DNA of 64,000 nt from Betaproteobacteria bacterium (GCA_052389535.1 JBQTHU010000001.1:5575-69574); one strand, 5' to 3'; shown: positions 38,894 to 50,402, counted from the stretch's first letter. Translations and numbers: made by a program. Notes: generated by a model from the letters alone, not told the origin.

Positions 38894-39733
38894 TTACCGA
38901 GCGGTTTCCGGTGGCGACAGCAGGCGCTTTGCTGCTTCACCGGCGAAATGGTAGCGAAGTTTCTCGTCCGGCCGCCCGAGTATCAGCTCCGGGCTCTTCT
39001 GCAGCACGTGCAGGGTCACCGACGTGCCGCTGCGCATCGTGATCTCCACGCGCTCCGGCGGCCCGCCGCTTGCGGCATAAGGCTCGGTACGCAGTGCGCT
39101 TGCATGCCGCCAGCCGTCGATCCAGCGATTGATATCGTCCTGGCCGAGGTCGCCTACCGGCGGCGAGATCTGCCAGCGGCTGCCATCGTGCGCAATGCTG
39201 AATTCGGGGAACGCCATGCGCACCGGCGCATCGTCCGGGTCGAACGGCTGCTTGGCGACAAGCTGCGCGGCGCTGGCGGGCATCGCCGCGCCGTAGCGCG
39301 GCGCCACCGCGTGCACCATGCCCGCCGTATGCACGTACTGCTCGCGCGTCACGGCGTTCACCGATCCGAAGTCGAACTGTGTGCCGTCGATGACGAGGCG
39401 GGTAAGGGGTCGATCCAGACCGAATCGCGCGAGGTCCTGCATCGCCGTGCTGTGCGCGGGGCTGGCATCCAGTATTCCGAGCATGCGCTCGACCTGGAGG
39501 CTGTCCGCCCGGGCGGAGAGCGGAGCGACGAGCATCCACTTGCCTTGCTTGCGCTGGAGCACGATCGGCGGATCGCCGCTGCGCTCGAGGCGAATGGCAT
39601 TCACCCGGTCCGCCTTCAGCATCGTGAGGCCATGGTGCGACGTCACATCGCTGCGCGGCTTGAGCACGACAAAGGCGGCAAGCGCCGCCACAGCGACGAA
39701 CAGGACACCATTGAGCAGCCAGCCGCGCGTCAT
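38894..39733 (-). CDS. DUF4340-like periplasmic protein with an N-terminal anchor
   Basis: Internal Met 39733 (MTRGWLLNGVLFVAVAALAAFVVL). Located directly downstream of a GldG-like gene, which is the usual DUF4340 context. Confidence 0.6.
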   Translation of the reverse strand: MTRGWLLNGVLFVAVAALAAFVVLKPRSDVTSHHGLTMLKADRVNAIRLERSGDPPIVLQRKQGKWMLVAPLSARADSLQVERMLGILDASPAHSTAMQDLARFGLDRPLTRLVIDGTQFDFGSVNAVTREQYVHTAGMVHAVAPRYGAAMPASAAQLVAKQPFDPDDAPVRMAFPEFSIAHDGSRWQISPPVGDLGQDDINRWIDGWRHASALRTEPYAASGGPPERVEITMRSGTSVTLHVLQKSPELILGRPDEKLRYHFAGEAAKRLLSPPETAR

Positions 39734-39776
39734 GTCCCGTGCGGAAATTCCGCAGGACGAGTCGGGATCGCGGCGC

Positions 39777-41144
39777 TCATGCGGCCTTGCGCCGACGCCA
39801 CCAGACGATGCCACCGGTGACAGCGAATGCGAGCGGCAGGCCGAATAGGAACGTGAAGGCGATGAGATAAAGTGTGGCCTGATCGACACGGAGCGCGCGG
39901 TCGAGGGCCGGACGCGGTTCTACCGTGATCATGCGATCGGCGCCCGTGAGCCAGTTCATGATGTTCACCCCGAGATCGAGGTTGCCGGCGTTCCCGACGA
40001 ACGTATTCGAAAGAAACTGGCCGCTGCCGATGACCACGACACGCTGCTCGCGATCGCCCACGGTGCGCTCGAACGCCTGCGCGACCGTCAGCGGGCCCGG
40101 TATGTCCCGCTCCTTGTCGAACTGCACGTTCTGATCGAGCCTGCCCGCTTCCACCCAGCCCCGCTGCGCCACGTCCACGAGCGGGGTGACGCGCCATTCT
40201 TCCTGGTCGGCCACCCCGATCTGACGCGCATGCGGGAAAAGCGTGTTCATCCGGAAATCGAGCGTGATGGGATGGCGTCCATAGCTGGCCGCCGCGCCGA
40301 TCGCGAATACCGGCGGGCCGCTGCGCGGCTTTACCTCGAAATCGACGATCGTGCCCGACGTGAGGACCAGCCCGAGCGTCTCGGCGATCGGCTCCAGCCC
40401 GCGCAACGGTTCGGGATCGAGCAGCCACAGCAGGTTTCCGCCGCGCTCGATGTACTTGCGAATCTTCTCGACCTCGGCGGGCAGGAGATCCGCCTGCGGG
40501 CTCGCTATCACCAGTGCCGTCGCGTTCGCCGGCACCTCCTGGGCCACCGCCAGATTGACGCTGTTCAGGCGAAATCCTCTCTGCTGCAGCTGGCGGCCGA
40601 AGTCGCCGAGGTCGTGATTCGCGGTGCCGTTCCATTTGCGCTCACCATGGCCGTCCAGCCAGAACACGAGACTGTCCGCGCCCCGCGCAAGGCGCATCAG
40701 CACATTGGCGAACTGCTGCTCGCTGAAGTCCTCGAGGGGAAGATGCTCGGTGCGCCTGCGGTACTCGATCACCAGCTCGTTCGGCGTGCGCAGTGCGGCG
40801 GCCTCCGCGAGTTTGGGTTGCTCGCGCGGATCCACGAAGCTCACGGCTATGTCCGGCTTCGCGCGCTGATAGGCCCGCAGCCGCTCTTCCAGGCGCTTGT
40901 GCACGTTCGCGCCGGACGGGTCCACGGTGATGGCATAGGCGGTGATCCTGAGCGGCCCTTCCAGCTGCTTCAGCATTTCAACGGTGGAGGCGGACAGCGT
41001 GTTCCTTCCACCGCGCGTGACGTCCCACTCCGCGCGATACTCGCGCGCGACGTAGGCGAGCAGCATGACGAGCGCCGCGAGCAGCATCACGAAAGCGCCG
41101 TTCTGCACGAGCAGCCGCATGCGCAGGCGCGGTGTCGCTTCCAT
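39777..41144 (-). CDS. GldG-like ABC-transporter auxiliary protein (bitopic, large periplasmic domain)
   Basis: Internal Met 41144 ([29 protein letters not shown]..). C-terminal TM LYLIAFTFLFGLPLAFAVTGGIVWWRRRK. The rest of ORF 39777..42218 is antisense read-through. Confidence 0.7.
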   Translation of the reverse strand: MEATPRLRMRLLVQNGAFVMLLAALVMLLAYVAREYRAEWDVTRGGRNTLSASTVEMLKQLEGPLRITAYAITVDPSGANVHKRLEERLRAYQRAKPDIAVSFVDPREQPKLAEAAALRTPNELVIEYRRRTEHLPLEDFSEQQFANVLMRLARGADSLVFWLDGHGERKWNGTANHDLGDFGRQLQQRGFRLNSVNLAVAQEVPANATALVIASPQADLLPAEVEKIRKYIERGGNLLWLLDPEPLRGLEPIAETLGLVLTSGTIVDFEVKPRSGPPVFAIGAAASYGRHPITLDFRMNTLFPHARQIGVADQEEWRVTPLVDVAQRGWVEAGRLDQNVQFDKERDIPGPLTVAQAFERTVGDREQRVVVIGSGQFLSNTFVGNAGNLDLGVNIMNWLTGADRMITVEPRPALDRALRVDQATLYLIAFTFLFGLPLAFAVTGGIVWWRRRKAA

Positions 41145-41146
41145 CT

Positions 41147-41913
41147 TCAGCCGCGCAGCCGCATGGCATCGAGCCTGCGTATCGCCATGACCAGAAAGCC
41201 AACGATCAGCAGCAGCGAGCACGCGATGGCGTAGGTGTCCACGAGACCGCGCCCGAGAGGCTCGAAATTCTTGATCGGGGTGAGGACCTGCATCAGGGCC
41301 GCCGGCACGTGCCAGTTCCGCGCGCGCAGGCTGTCGCCGGCCGTCTCTCCGGCGAGCAGCATGCCGAGCAATGCGCCGAAGGCGCCGAGCGCCGCCACCA
41401 CCGGATGCGCGGTGAGGCAGGAGATGTACAGGCTCACCGCCGCGAAGCAGGCGGCGAGCAGAATAATGCCCCCGGTAAGGCTCGCAATCAACCCGTAGTC
41501 GAGCGTGGTGCTGGCCGCGAGGGCAAACGGCATCAGGACCGCGAGCCCGGTAACGATCGCGAGAAACCCCATCAGACCGAAGAACTTGCCCAGCACGATG
41601 GCGGTGATGGAAACGGGCGCGGTGGTGAGAAACACCATGGTATGGTTGCGTCGTTCTTCGGCGATCAGCCGCATCGCCAGCAGCGGCACGGCAAAGAGCA
41701 GCACGACGGCGAGCGTGCCAAAAGTCGGCACGATGACGAGCTCGGTGACCCCGGGAGGGCTCATCATCTGGCTCAACCGCGGCTGGAGCTGCAGAAAGTC
41801 GTCCATGCGCCGCAGGAAGTTGTAGCCCAACACCAGCTGCATCACGGTCAACACCACCCATGCCAGCGGGGAGGCGAACAGCGCCTTCAGCTCCTTTGCC
41901 GCGATGGTATAGA

Positions 41914-41917
<4 letters not shown>
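41147..41917 (-). CDS. ABC-2 type transporter permease (GldF-like)
   Basis: MIYTIAAKELKALFASPLAWVVLTVMQLVLGY.. and a multi-pass membrane profile. Its ATG overlaps the ATPase stop (ATGA). Confidence 0.8.
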
Positions 41918-42858
<941 letters not shown>

Positions 42859-42875
42859 CTGGGCGACGGCGCGTC

Positions 42876-42904
42876 TTGTGAAGAGCGCAAAATATACCTA
42901 ATAT
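42876..42904 (+). promoter_or_regulatory. Candidate sigma-70 promoter for the TPR-lolB-ispE unit
   Basis: TTGTGA (42876-42881), 17 nt, TAATAT (42899-42904), in the AT-rich divergent intergenic region. Confidence 0.4.
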
Positions 42905-42919
42905 GTGCTCGTTTATGAA
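42891..42919 (-). promoter_or_regulatory. Candidate sigma-70 promoter for the ABC/GldG operon (back-to-back with the plus-strand promoter)
   Basis: The minus strand reads TTCATA (42919-42914), 17 nt, TATATT (42896-42891). Confidence 0.3.
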
Positions 42920-42984
42920 GCAGCACCGCCGACAGCGCTGATCAATTCAGTCGCCTCGCACGAGTCGGGGGCGGCGGTCACATT

Positions 42985-44769
42985 ATGATGAAATCGAGTT
43001 TACCTGTCCTCGTGGTGTGCGCCGCGCTCGCGGCTTGCGCCCAGCAGCCGACTGCTCCCACAGCGGGCGAGGCGCCGAGCCCCAGGCCCAAGACTGCGAC
43101 CAAACCGCAGCCCAAGGTTGCCGCTATGAAACCGGCGCCGCCGAAGGCGCAGTTGCCGGCACACGAGCTGACGGAACAGCTCATGCTCAAGCTGATGCTC
43201 GCCGAAGTGGCGGTGCAGCGCAGTCAGCCGCACATCGCGGTGCCGGCGTATCTCGAGCTTGCGCGCGAGACGCGCGATCCGCGCGTGGCGCAGCGCGCTA
43301 CGGAAGTGGCGTGGAACGCGCGCTTCATAGACTCGGCGATCGAGGCGGCGGGACTGTGGCTGCAGAGTGATCCGCAGTCACAGCAGGCGCGGCAGGTGCT
43401 GGCGGCGCTGCTGGTGAATCAGGCGCAGCTCGCAAACGCGCTGCCTCATCTGGAGAAATGGTTGCGCGCGGACGAAGCGCGCGTGGGGCAGAGCTTTCTG
43501 CAGATCACTTCGCTGCTGGCCCGCCATAAGGACAAGAAAGCGGTGCTCGAGCTGATGCAGGGCCTCGCGGCCTCGTACCGCGAGGTGCCCGAAGCGCGGT
43601 TCTCGGTGGCGCAGGCGGCCTGGAACGCGGAGAACTCGGAACTGGCGCTGAGCGAGGTGCGCGCCGCGCTGCGCTTGCGACCCGATTGGGAGATCGCCGC
43701 GCTCTTCCAGGCCCAGATCCTGCAGCGCCGCTCCGCAGCCGAGGCGCTCGGCTACCTCGCGGAGTACATCAAGCAGCATCCGCAGGCGAAGGACGCGCGC
43801 CTGAGCTACGCGCGGCTGCTGGTGAGCGACAGGAAACTGCCCGAGGCGCGCAAGCAGTTCGAACTGCTGCTCACGGAATTCCCGGACAACGCGGAAGTGA
43901 CGATGGCGGTCGCGCTGCTGGCGCTGCAGATGAACGATTACGATGCCGCGGAGGCGCAGTTCAAGCGCGCCCTCGAAAAGAACTACAAGGATCCGGATGC
44001 GGTGCGGCTCTATCTCGGGCAGGTGAACGAGGAACGCAAGCGCTACGACGAAGCGTTGAAGTGGTACGGGGCGGTGAACGTGGGCGAGCAGTACATCAAT
44101 GCACAGGCCCGCTACGCCGGCGTGCTCTCCAAGCAGGGCAGGCTCGCCGACGCGCGCAAGCATCTGCAGCAGATAAACCCGCGCAGTACCGCACAGCGCG
44201 TGCAACTCACGCAGGCTGAGGCGCAACTGCTGCGCGAAGCGACCGCCTACCAGGAAGCGTTTGATGTGCTGGGCCACGCGCTGGAAAAACTGCCGGACTA
44301 TCCCGAACTGCTCTACGACCACGCCATGGCGGCGGAAAAGGTCAACCGGCTCGACGTGCTGGAATCGAACCTGCGCAAGCTGATCGCGCTGCGCCCCGAT
44401 CACGCGCACGCCCACAATGCGCTCGGCTACACCCTGGCGGATCGCAACGAGCGGCTCGACGAGGCGCGCCAGTTGATCGAAACGGCGCTCAGGCTGGCGC
44501 CGGAGGACCCCTTCATCATGGACAGCATGGGTTGGGTGCTGTATCGGCAAGGCCAGATTCCGGAAGCGCTGGACTACATCAGGCGGGCCCACGCACTGCG
44601 GCCGGACCCGGAGATCGCGGCGCACCTGGGCGAACTGCTCTGGGTCAGCGGGCAACGCGATGAAGCACGCAAGCTGTGGGCCACCGTGCAGAAAGAGCAT
44701 CCCAACAACGAGGTGCTGCAGAACACCGTCAACCGCTTTCTCAGGACGGACCATCCCGCCGCGCGATGA
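42985..44769 (+). CDS. Tetratricopeptide-repeat lipoprotein
   Basis: Lipobox VVCAALAAC. Repeated TPR-like helices through 594 aa. Located upstream of lolB. Confidence 0.8.
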   Translation: MMKSSLPVLVVCAALAACAQQPTAPTAGEAPSPRPKTATKPQPKVAAMKPAPPKAQLPAHELTEQLMLKLMLAEVAVQRSQPHIAVPAYLELARETRDPRVAQRATEVAWNARFIDSAIEAAGLWLQSDPQSQQARQVLAALLVNQAQLANALPHLEKWLRADEARVGQSFLQITSLLARHKDKKAVLELMQGLAASYREVPEARFSVAQAAWNAENSELALSEVRAALRLRPDWEIAALFQAQILQRRSAAEALGYLAEYIKQHPQAKDARLSYARLLVSDRKLPEARKQFELLLTEFPDNAEVTMAVALLALQMNDYDAAEAQFKRALEKNYKDPDAVRLYLGQVNEERKRYDEALKWYGAVNVGEQYINAQARYAGVLSKQGRLADARKHLQQINPRSTAQRVQLTQAEAQLLREATAYQEAFDVLGHALEKLPDYPELLYDHAMAAEKVNRLDVLESNLRKLIALRPDHAHAHNALGYTLADRNERLDEARQLIETALRLAPEDPFIMDSMGWVLYRQGQIPEALDYIRRAHALRPDPEIAAHLGELLWVSGQRDEARKLWATVQKEHPNNEVLQNTVNRFLRTDHPAAR

Positions 44770-45335
44770 GCCGGTCGCGGATCGCCGCCCTCGCGCTCGC
44801 GTTCGCGGTTGCCGCATGTGCAACACCCGGTCTCCCGCCCCGCGCCCCGCAAGCTTTCGATCTTTCCGGCCGCGTGTCCGCCAGCCACGACGGCCGCGCG
44901 TTCTCGTCGGCGCTGCGCTGGCAGCACCTGCCCGAGCGCGATGAAATCTGGCTTTTGACACCGCTCGGCCAGGCGCTCGCGCACATCCTCAGCACAGAGG
45001 AAGGCGCGACGGTCACCGGCGCGGACCGCAGGCAGTATCAGGGCGCCGACGTCGAAGCGCTGACCCGCCAGGCGCTCGGCTGGGAATTGCCTCTCACCCG
45101 GCTGCAATACTGGGTGCGGGGTGAGCCGGCACCGGGCAGCGCGCCGCAGAATGCCAGACGGGATGCAGCGGGACGCTATACCGAATTCGAGCAGCATGGC
45201 TGGCAAATTACGCTCGAGCACTACTCCGCCGACCAGCATGGCGGGCTGCCACGCCGGCTGGAACTGCGCCGTGACGGCGGCGAAACCATCCGGCTGATCA
45301 TCGACGCCTGGCGCAGCGACAAGGTGGCGCCGTGA
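44766..45335 (+). CDS. lolB: Outer-membrane lipoprotein LolB
   Basis: Internal ATG 44766 overlaps the TPR gene stop. Lipobox AFAVAAC. Size and lolB-ispE-prs synteny fit. Confidence 0.75.
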   Translation: MSRSRIAALALAFAVAACATPGLPPRAPQAFDLSGRVSASHDGRAFSSALRWQHLPERDEIWLLTPLGQALAHILSTEEGATVTGADRRQYQGADVEALTRQALGWELPLTRLQYWVRGEPAPGSAPQNARRDAAGRYTEFEQHGWQITLEHYSADQHGGLPRRLELRRDGGETIRLIIDAWRSDKVAP

Positions 45336-46174
45336 ACGGCTGGCAGGAATTTCCCGCGCCGGGGAAACTGAATCTCATGTTGCGGGTCGTCGGCCGGCGC
45401 GCCGACGGCTACCATCTGTTGCAGACCGTGATCCGTTTCATCGATTTCGGCGATACCGTGCGCCTGCGGGTTCGCGCCGACGGCGGGGTGAAGCGGGTCA
45501 ACGACGTCCCCGGGGTAGATCCGGACACGGACCTTACGGTGAGAGCGGCGCGGCTGCTGCGCGAGGCGACGGGTCACCGGGAAGGCGTCGAGGTCGCGCT
45601 CGAAAAGCGCCTCCCGCTCGGCGGTGGGCTCGGAGGGGGCAGCTCGGACGCGGCCACGGCGTTGCTCGCGCTCAACCGCCTGTGGCACCTCGATCTCCCG
45701 CGCGCGAGGCTGATGGCGCTCGCGCTGGCGCTCGGGGCCGACGTGCCGGTATTCGTCTTTGGCGACAACGCGCTCGCCGAGGGGATCGGCGAAGTCGTTT
45801 CGCCGATCCGTGTACCGGCAGCCTGGTATGTCGTGCTGACGCCCCCTGTGACGGTCTCCACGGCCGCGGTTTTTGCCGCGCCCGAATTGAAACGGGACTC
45901 CAAAACAATTAGAATACAAAGCTTTTCGATCGATCTGGCGGTTAACGATCTCGAGCCGCTGGTGTGTCAGGCTTACCCCGAGGTGGCGCGGCATCTCCAG
46001 TGGTTGCGGCAATTCGGACCGGCGATGATGACGGGCTCCGGCGCGTGCGTATACGCAGCTTACGCTGCCGAAGACCAGGCGCGGACCGTTTTCGCGAGAC
46101 TGCCGGACAGCATGAAGGGATTCGTTGCGCGCGGGCTCGAGCATCACCCGCTGCGCGACACGGCGATCAGCTGA
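45332..46174 (+). CDS. ispE: 4-(cytidine 5'-diphospho)-2-C-methyl-D-erythritol kinase
   Basis: APGKLNLMLRVVGRRADGYHLLQT.. and the GHMP motif PLGGGLGGGSSDAA. Confidence 0.95.
   Translation: MNGWQEFPAPGKLNLMLRVVGRRADGYHLLQTVIRFIDFGDTVRLRVRADGGVKRVNDVPGVDPDTDLTVRAARLLREATGHREGVEVALEKRLPLGGGLGGGSSDAATALLALNRLWHLDLPRARLMALALALGADVPVFVFGDNALAEGIGEVVSPIRVPAAWYVVLTPPVTVSTAAVFAAPELKRDSKTIRIQSFSIDLAVNDLEPLVCQAYPEVARHLQWLRQFGPAMMTGSGACVYAAYAAEDQARTVFARLPDSMKGFVARGLEHHPLRDTAIS
45887..45915 (+). promoter_or_regulatory. Near-consensus sigma-70 promoter inside the ispE coding sequence (candidate tRNA-Gln/prs promoter)
   Basis: TTGAAA (45887-45892), exactly 17 nt, TAGAAT (45910-45915). It sits in the only AT-rich patch of ispE, about 270 nt upstream of tRNA-Gln. 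Confidence 0.4.
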
Positions 46175-46181
46175 GTACCGT

Positions 46182-46258
46182 TGGGGAGTCGCCAAGCTGG
46201 TTAAGGCACCGGATTTTGATTCCGGCATGCGTGGGTTCGAATCCTACCTCCCCAGCCA
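46182..46258 (+). tRNA. tRNA-Gln (anticodon TTG), CCA encoded
   Basis: Cloverleaf by hand: acceptor TGGGGAG/CTCCCCA, anticodon stem CCGGA/TCCGG with loop TTTTGAT, T arm GTGGG-TTCGAAT-CCTAC. Closely resembles E. coli tRNA-Gln. Confidence 0.95.
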
Positions 46259-46315
46259 ACTTTGACAGGGCGCTATCCGCCCGGCGATGGTGAGAGCGTG
46301 GCCTTAGACCGTTTA

Positions 46316-47248
46316 ATGGTGTTCACCGGCAATGCCATACGCGAGCTTGCCGAGAACGTGGTGAGTCACCTCAACATCCATCTCGGGCGCGCCAAGGTCG
46401 GCCGCTTCAGCGATGGCGAGGTGATGGTCGAGATTCTCGAGAACGTCCGCGGCAAGGACGTTTTCGTACTGCAGTCGATCTGCGCGCCGACCAACGACAA
46501 CCTCATGGAACTGCTGGTGATCGTGGATGCCCTGAAACGCGCATCGGCGGGCCGCGTGACCGCGGCCATACCCTACATGGGGTATGCACGGCAGGACCGG
46601 CGCCCCAGTTCGGCGCGGGTGCCGATCACCGCCAAGGTGGTCGCCAACATGATGACGAGCGCCGGTGTGGACCGTCTGCTCACCATGGACCTGCACTCCG
46701 AGCAGATCCAGGGGTTCTTCGACATCCCGGTGGACAATATTTACTCCGGGCCGATCATGCTCGGAGACGTATGGAAGCACGATTACAAGAATCTGGTGGT
46801 GGTGTCGCCCGACGTCGGCGGCGTGGTGCGGGCGCGCGCCCTCGCGAAACGGCTCGAGGCCGATCTCGCGATCATCGACAAGCGGCGGCCGCGTCCGAAC
46901 GTGGCGACGGTAATGAACATCATCGGCGAGGTCGAAAGGCGCACCTGCGTGATCGTGGACGATCTCGTGGACACCGCAAACACGCTGTGCGAGGCGGCGC
47001 AGGCGTTGAAGGATCAGGGCGCTCTGAAGGTGCTTGCTTACTGCACGCATGCGGTGCTGTCCGGCAATGCGCTCGAACGCATCGCGAAGTCGGCATTGGA
47101 TGAGCTGGTGGTGACCGACACCATCCCGTTGGGGGAGGAGGCGAGGAAATGCGGGCGGATCCGGGTGCTTTCGGTCGCGAGCCTGCTTGCCGAGACCATG
47201 CGCCGCATCAGCGCCGAGGATTCCGTAAGTTCGTTGTTCGTTGAGTAG
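46316..47248 (+). CDS. prs: Ribose-phosphate pyrophosphokinase
   Basis: [51 protein letters not shown]. Confidence 0.95.
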   Translation: MVFTGNAIRELAENVVSHLNIHLGRAKVGRFSDGEVMVEILENVRGKDVFVLQSICAPTNDNLMELLVIVDALKRASAGRVTAAIPYMGYARQDRRPSSARVPITAKVVANMMTSAGVDRLLTMDLHSEQIQGFFDIPVDNIYSGPIMLGDVWKHDYKNLVVVSPDVGGVVRARALAKRLEADLAIIDKRRPRPNVATVMNIIGEVERRTCVIVDDLVDTANTLCEAAQALKDQGALKVLAYCTHAVLSGNALERIAKSALDELVVTDTIPLGEEARKCGRIRVLSVASLLAETMRRISAEDSVSSLFVE

Positions 47249-47302
47249 TGGCAATTCCGGGGTCGGTCTGGTCGCGGACGCCCCGTTACACAGGAGAGCG
47301 AG

Positions 47303-48010
47303 ATGAAGATCGAAGTGGTTGCCTATCCACGCACGCAGCAGGGAACGGGTGCGAGCCGCCGCCTGCGCGGGAGTGGGCGCGTGCCGGGCGTCATCTACGG
47401 CGCCAGCAAGCCGGCGCAGCCGGTGGAGCTGGATCACCAGGCGCTGATGCGCCATCTCAAGCTCGAGGCTTTCCACGCCTCGATACTGGACATGACGGTG
47501 GACGGCACGAAGGAGCAGGTGCTGCTGCGCGACTTCCAGATGCACCCGTGGAAACCCATGGTGCTGCACGCGGACTTCCAGCGCATCGACAAGAACAGGA
47601 AGATCCACATGTGGGTGCCGCTGCACTTCACCAACGAGGAGGTCTGCCCGGGCGTGAAGACCGGCGGCGGCGTCGTGCAGCACGTCATGAACGAGATCGA
47701 GATCCAGTGCCTGCCGGACGATCTGCCCGAGTATATCGAAGTCGATCTGAGCCGTCTCGAACTCGGCCATTCCATCCACGCGGCGGAACTCGCGCTGCCC
47801 AAAGGCGTCGAGCCGGTTGCGAAGTTGAAGCACGACAACCCGGCCGTGGTCACGGTCCAGCTGCCGAAGGCGATCGTGGTCGAGGAGGAAGCGGCGGCGG
47901 CGCCGGTCACCGAGATCATCGGCGAGGCGCCTGCGGAAGGCGAGGCAGCGCCGGCTGCGGAGGGCGAGAAGAAGGAGCCCGAGAAGAAGGAAGCCGGCAA
48001 GAAGGAATAG
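47303..48010 (+). CDS. rplY: 50S ribosomal protein L25/general stress protein Ctc (long form)
   Basis: RTQQGTGASRRLRGSGRVPGVIYG.. plus a C-terminal Ala/Glu/Lys-rich tail. Confidence 0.9.
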   Translation: MKIEVVAYPRTQQGTGASRRLRGSGRVPGVIYGASKPAQPVELDHQALMRHLKLEAFHASILDMTVDGTKEQVLLRDFQMHPWKPMVLHADFQRIDKNRKIHMWVPLHFTNEEVCPGVKTGGGVVQHVMNEIEIQCLPDDLPEYIEVDLSRLELGHSIHAAELALPKGVEPVAKLKHDNPAVVTVQLPKAIVVEEEAAAAPVTEIIGEAPAEGEAAPAAEGEKKEPEKKEAGKKE

Positions 48011-48028
48011 TATCGCCGAGCGCATTCG

Positions 48029-48066
48029 AGCCCGCCGTTGCCACGCGAAGGCGGGCTTTTCATTTC
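48029..48066 (+). terminator. Intrinsic terminator after rplY
   Basis: AGCCCGCC..GGCGGGCT stem followed by TTTCATTT. Confidence 0.65.
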
Positions 48067-48086
48067 CACCGTTTCGAAAGGACCTC

Positions 48087-48659
48087 ATGGATTTTCCGCA
48101 GAAGCTGATGACGCGCCGCCTGCTGCTGGCGCGCATCGAAAACGCCGATCAGACCGATTTCTTCAGGATGCGCAGCGCGCCGGAGGTCACGCACGCACCG
48201 GGCGCCCTGGAGCGCGATGAGGCCGAGGCGCTGTGCCGCAGTCTCGCCGCGCACTGGACGCAGCATGGATACGGCTGGTGGACCGCCCGCGATCGCGAAA
48301 GCGGCGCCTTTATGGGCTGCGGCGGATTGCGCGCGGTGATGGTCGAAGGCACACCGGAGACGGAACTCGCCTATGGGTTCCTGCCGCAGTTCTGGGGGCA
48401 CGGTTATGCCAGCGAACTCGCCCGCGTGGCGGTGGCGCAGGCTTTCGTGCGGCTCGGGATCCGCGAGATCGTGAGCTACGTGCTGCCGGGGAATCACGCC
48501 TCGCGGCGGGTGGTCGAGAAGGCCGGATTCGCCTGCGAGCGGCCGTTCACGCACGCCCGGCGCCAGCACCTGCTGTACCGGCTGAAGGCGAGCGCGTGGT
48601 GCACGGCATTGCAGCCGCGAGAGCGGCCCCGCGCCGAGGCGATGCTGCAGACCGCCTAG
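48087..48659 (+). CDS. GNAT family N-acetyltransferase (RimJ/RimL-like)
   Basis: RRLLLARIENAD..GYGWW..GFLPQFWGHGYASELARV.....VLPGNHASRRVVEKAGF. Confidence 0.8.
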   Translation: MDFPQKLMTRRLLLARIENADQTDFFRMRSAPEVTHAPGALERDEAEALCRSLAAHWTQHGYGWWTARDRESGAFMGCGGLRAVMVEGTPETELAYGFLPQFWGHGYASELARVAVAQAFVRLGIREIVSYVLPGNHASRRVVEKAGFACERPFTHARRQHLLYRLKASAWCTALQPRERPRAEAMLQTA

Positions 48660-48660
48660 C

Positions 48661-49311
48661 GTGAAGCTCGTCGTCGGGCTGGGGAATCCCGGCCGCAAAT
48701 ACGAGGATACGCGGCACAACGCCGGTTTCTGGTTCGTCGAGCGTTTCGCGGCGCGCCACAACGTCGTACTGCGCAAGGACGCAAAATTCCAGGCGCTGGT
48801 GGGACGCCACGAGCCGACTGGGGCGTGGCTGCTCCTGCCTCAGGGTTTCATGAACGCGAGCGGCAGGCCGGTGCAGATGCTGGCGGGCTTCTTCAAGATT
48901 CCGGCAGCCGAAATTCTGGTGGCGCACGATGAGCTCGATTTTCCGCCCGGCACGGTGAGGATCAAGCAAGGCGGCGGCGTGGCCGGTCACAACGGCCTCA
49001 GGGACATCTCGGCGCGCCTCGCGACGCACGACTACTGGCGGCTGCGCATCGGCATCGGCCATCCCGGGGCGCGCGAGCTGGTGACGCACTATCTGCTCAA
49101 CAGCCACCCCACCAGGGAGGAGCGCGGCACGATCGACGAAGCGATCGACCGCGCGCTCGATGTGATGCCCATCGTGCTCGCGCGCGATGTGCAGGGTGCG
49201 ATGCTCAAGCTGCACACCGACGAAAAACCGGCCAAGGCAGAAAGCGGTGCGCCGGCGGCCAAGGGCGTGGCCGCTGCCGGGAGGGACGCCGGTCCGGCGC
49301 AGGAGCAATGA
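48661..49311 (+). CDS. pth: Peptidyl-tRNA hydrolase (GTG start, C-terminal extension)
   Basis: [52 protein letters not shown]. Confidence 0.93.
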   Translation: MKLVVGLGNPGRKYEDTRHNAGFWFVERFAARHNVVLRKDAKFQALVGRHEPTGAWLLLPQGFMNASGRPVQMLAGFFKIPAAEILVAHDELDFPPGTVRIKQGGGVAGHNGLRDISARLATHDYWRLRIGIGHPGARELVTHYLLNSHPTREERGTIDEAIDRALDVMPIVLARDVQGAMLKLHTDEKPAKAESGAPAAKGVAAAGRDAGPAQEQ

Positions 49312-50402
49312 GCCTGAAATGCGGCATCGTGGGCCTTCCCAACGTCGGGAAGTCCACGCTGTTCAACGCGCTTACCAAGGCCGGCATCGCGGCCGAGAAC
49401 TACCCGTTCTGCACCATCGACCCGAACGTCGGCATCGTGGAGGTGGCCGATCTTCGCCTCGCGCCACTTGCCGCGCTGGCCCAGCCGCAGAAGGTCATTC
49501 CCGCCGTCGTCCAGTTCGTCGACATCGCCGGGCTGGTGGCGGGCGCATCCAAAGGGGAAGGACTGGGCAATCAGTTCCTCGCGAACATCCGCGAGACCGA
49601 TGCGATCGCGCACGTGGTGCGCTGCTTCGAGGACGAGAACGTCACCCATGTTGCCGGCAAGATAGATCCGGTCTCGGATATCGAGACCATAGATACGGAA
49701 CTGGCGCTTGCCGATCTCGCGAGTGTCGAGCGCCAGCTTGCCAGGTACGGCAAAGTCGCGCGCGCCGGCGGCGACAAGGAGGCGCAGCGTCTGGTCGCGG
49801 TACTGGACAAGTGCATGACGGCGCTGAGCGCGGGCAAGCCCGTGCGCGCGGTGAGCTTCTACGAGGAAGAGAAGGCAATCCTGCGCACGCTGTTCCTGCT
49901 GACGGCGAAACCGGTGATGTACGTCGCGAACGTGCGCGAGGACGGTTTCGAAGGCAATCCCCATCTCGCTGCAGTGCGGGCGCATGCGGTGCGCGAGCGT
50001 GCGCCCGTCGTCGCGGTGTGCGCGGCGATCGAAGCCGAGATCGCGGGCATGCCGGACGAGGACAAGCGCATGTTCCTCGCCGACATGGGGATGAGCGAGC
50101 CGGGACTGGACCGCGTCGTGCACACCGGCTACTCGCTGCTCGGTCTGCAGACTTTCTTTACCGCCGGGCCCAAGGAAGTGCGCGCCTGGACCATCCACCG
50201 CGGCGACACCGCGCCGCAGGCAGCCGGGGCCATCCATACCGATTTCGAGAAAGGGTTTATTCGCGCTGAAGTGATCGCCTTCGAAGACTACGTCGCCTGC
50301 AAAGGCGAGCAGGGCGCGAAGGAAGCCGGCAAGATGCGACTGGAAGGCAAGGATTACGTCGTCCGCGACGGCGACGTCATCTTTTTCCGCTTCAACGTCT
50401 GA
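49308..50402 (+). CDS. ychF: Redox-regulated ATPase YchF
   Basis: [34 protein letters not shown]-terminal TGS-like domain. Confidence 0.95.
   Translation: MSLKCGIVGLPNVGKSTLFNALTKAGIAAENYPFCTIDPNVGIVEVADLRLAPLAALAQPQKVIPAVVQFVDIAGLVAGASKGEGLGNQFLANIRETDAIAHVVRCFEDENVTHVAGKIDPVSDIETIDTELALADLASVERQLARYGKVARAGGDKEAQRLVAVLDKCMTALSAGKPVRAVSFYEEEKAILRTLFLLTAKPVMYVANVREDGFEGNPHLAAVRAHAVRERAPVVAVCAAIEAEIAGMPDEDKRMFLADMGMSEPGLDRVVHTGYSLLGLQTFFTAGPKEVRAWTIHRGDTAPQAAGAIHTDFEKGFIRAEVIAFEDYVACKGEQGAKEAGKMRLEGKDYVVRDGDVIFFRFNV

Noticed and set aside
46182-46258. tRNA-Gln as a possible genomic-island integration site.
   Set aside because: There is no integrase, no direct repeat of the tRNA 3' end and no compositional shift downstream. 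The flanking ispE and prs genes are the conserved neighbours.
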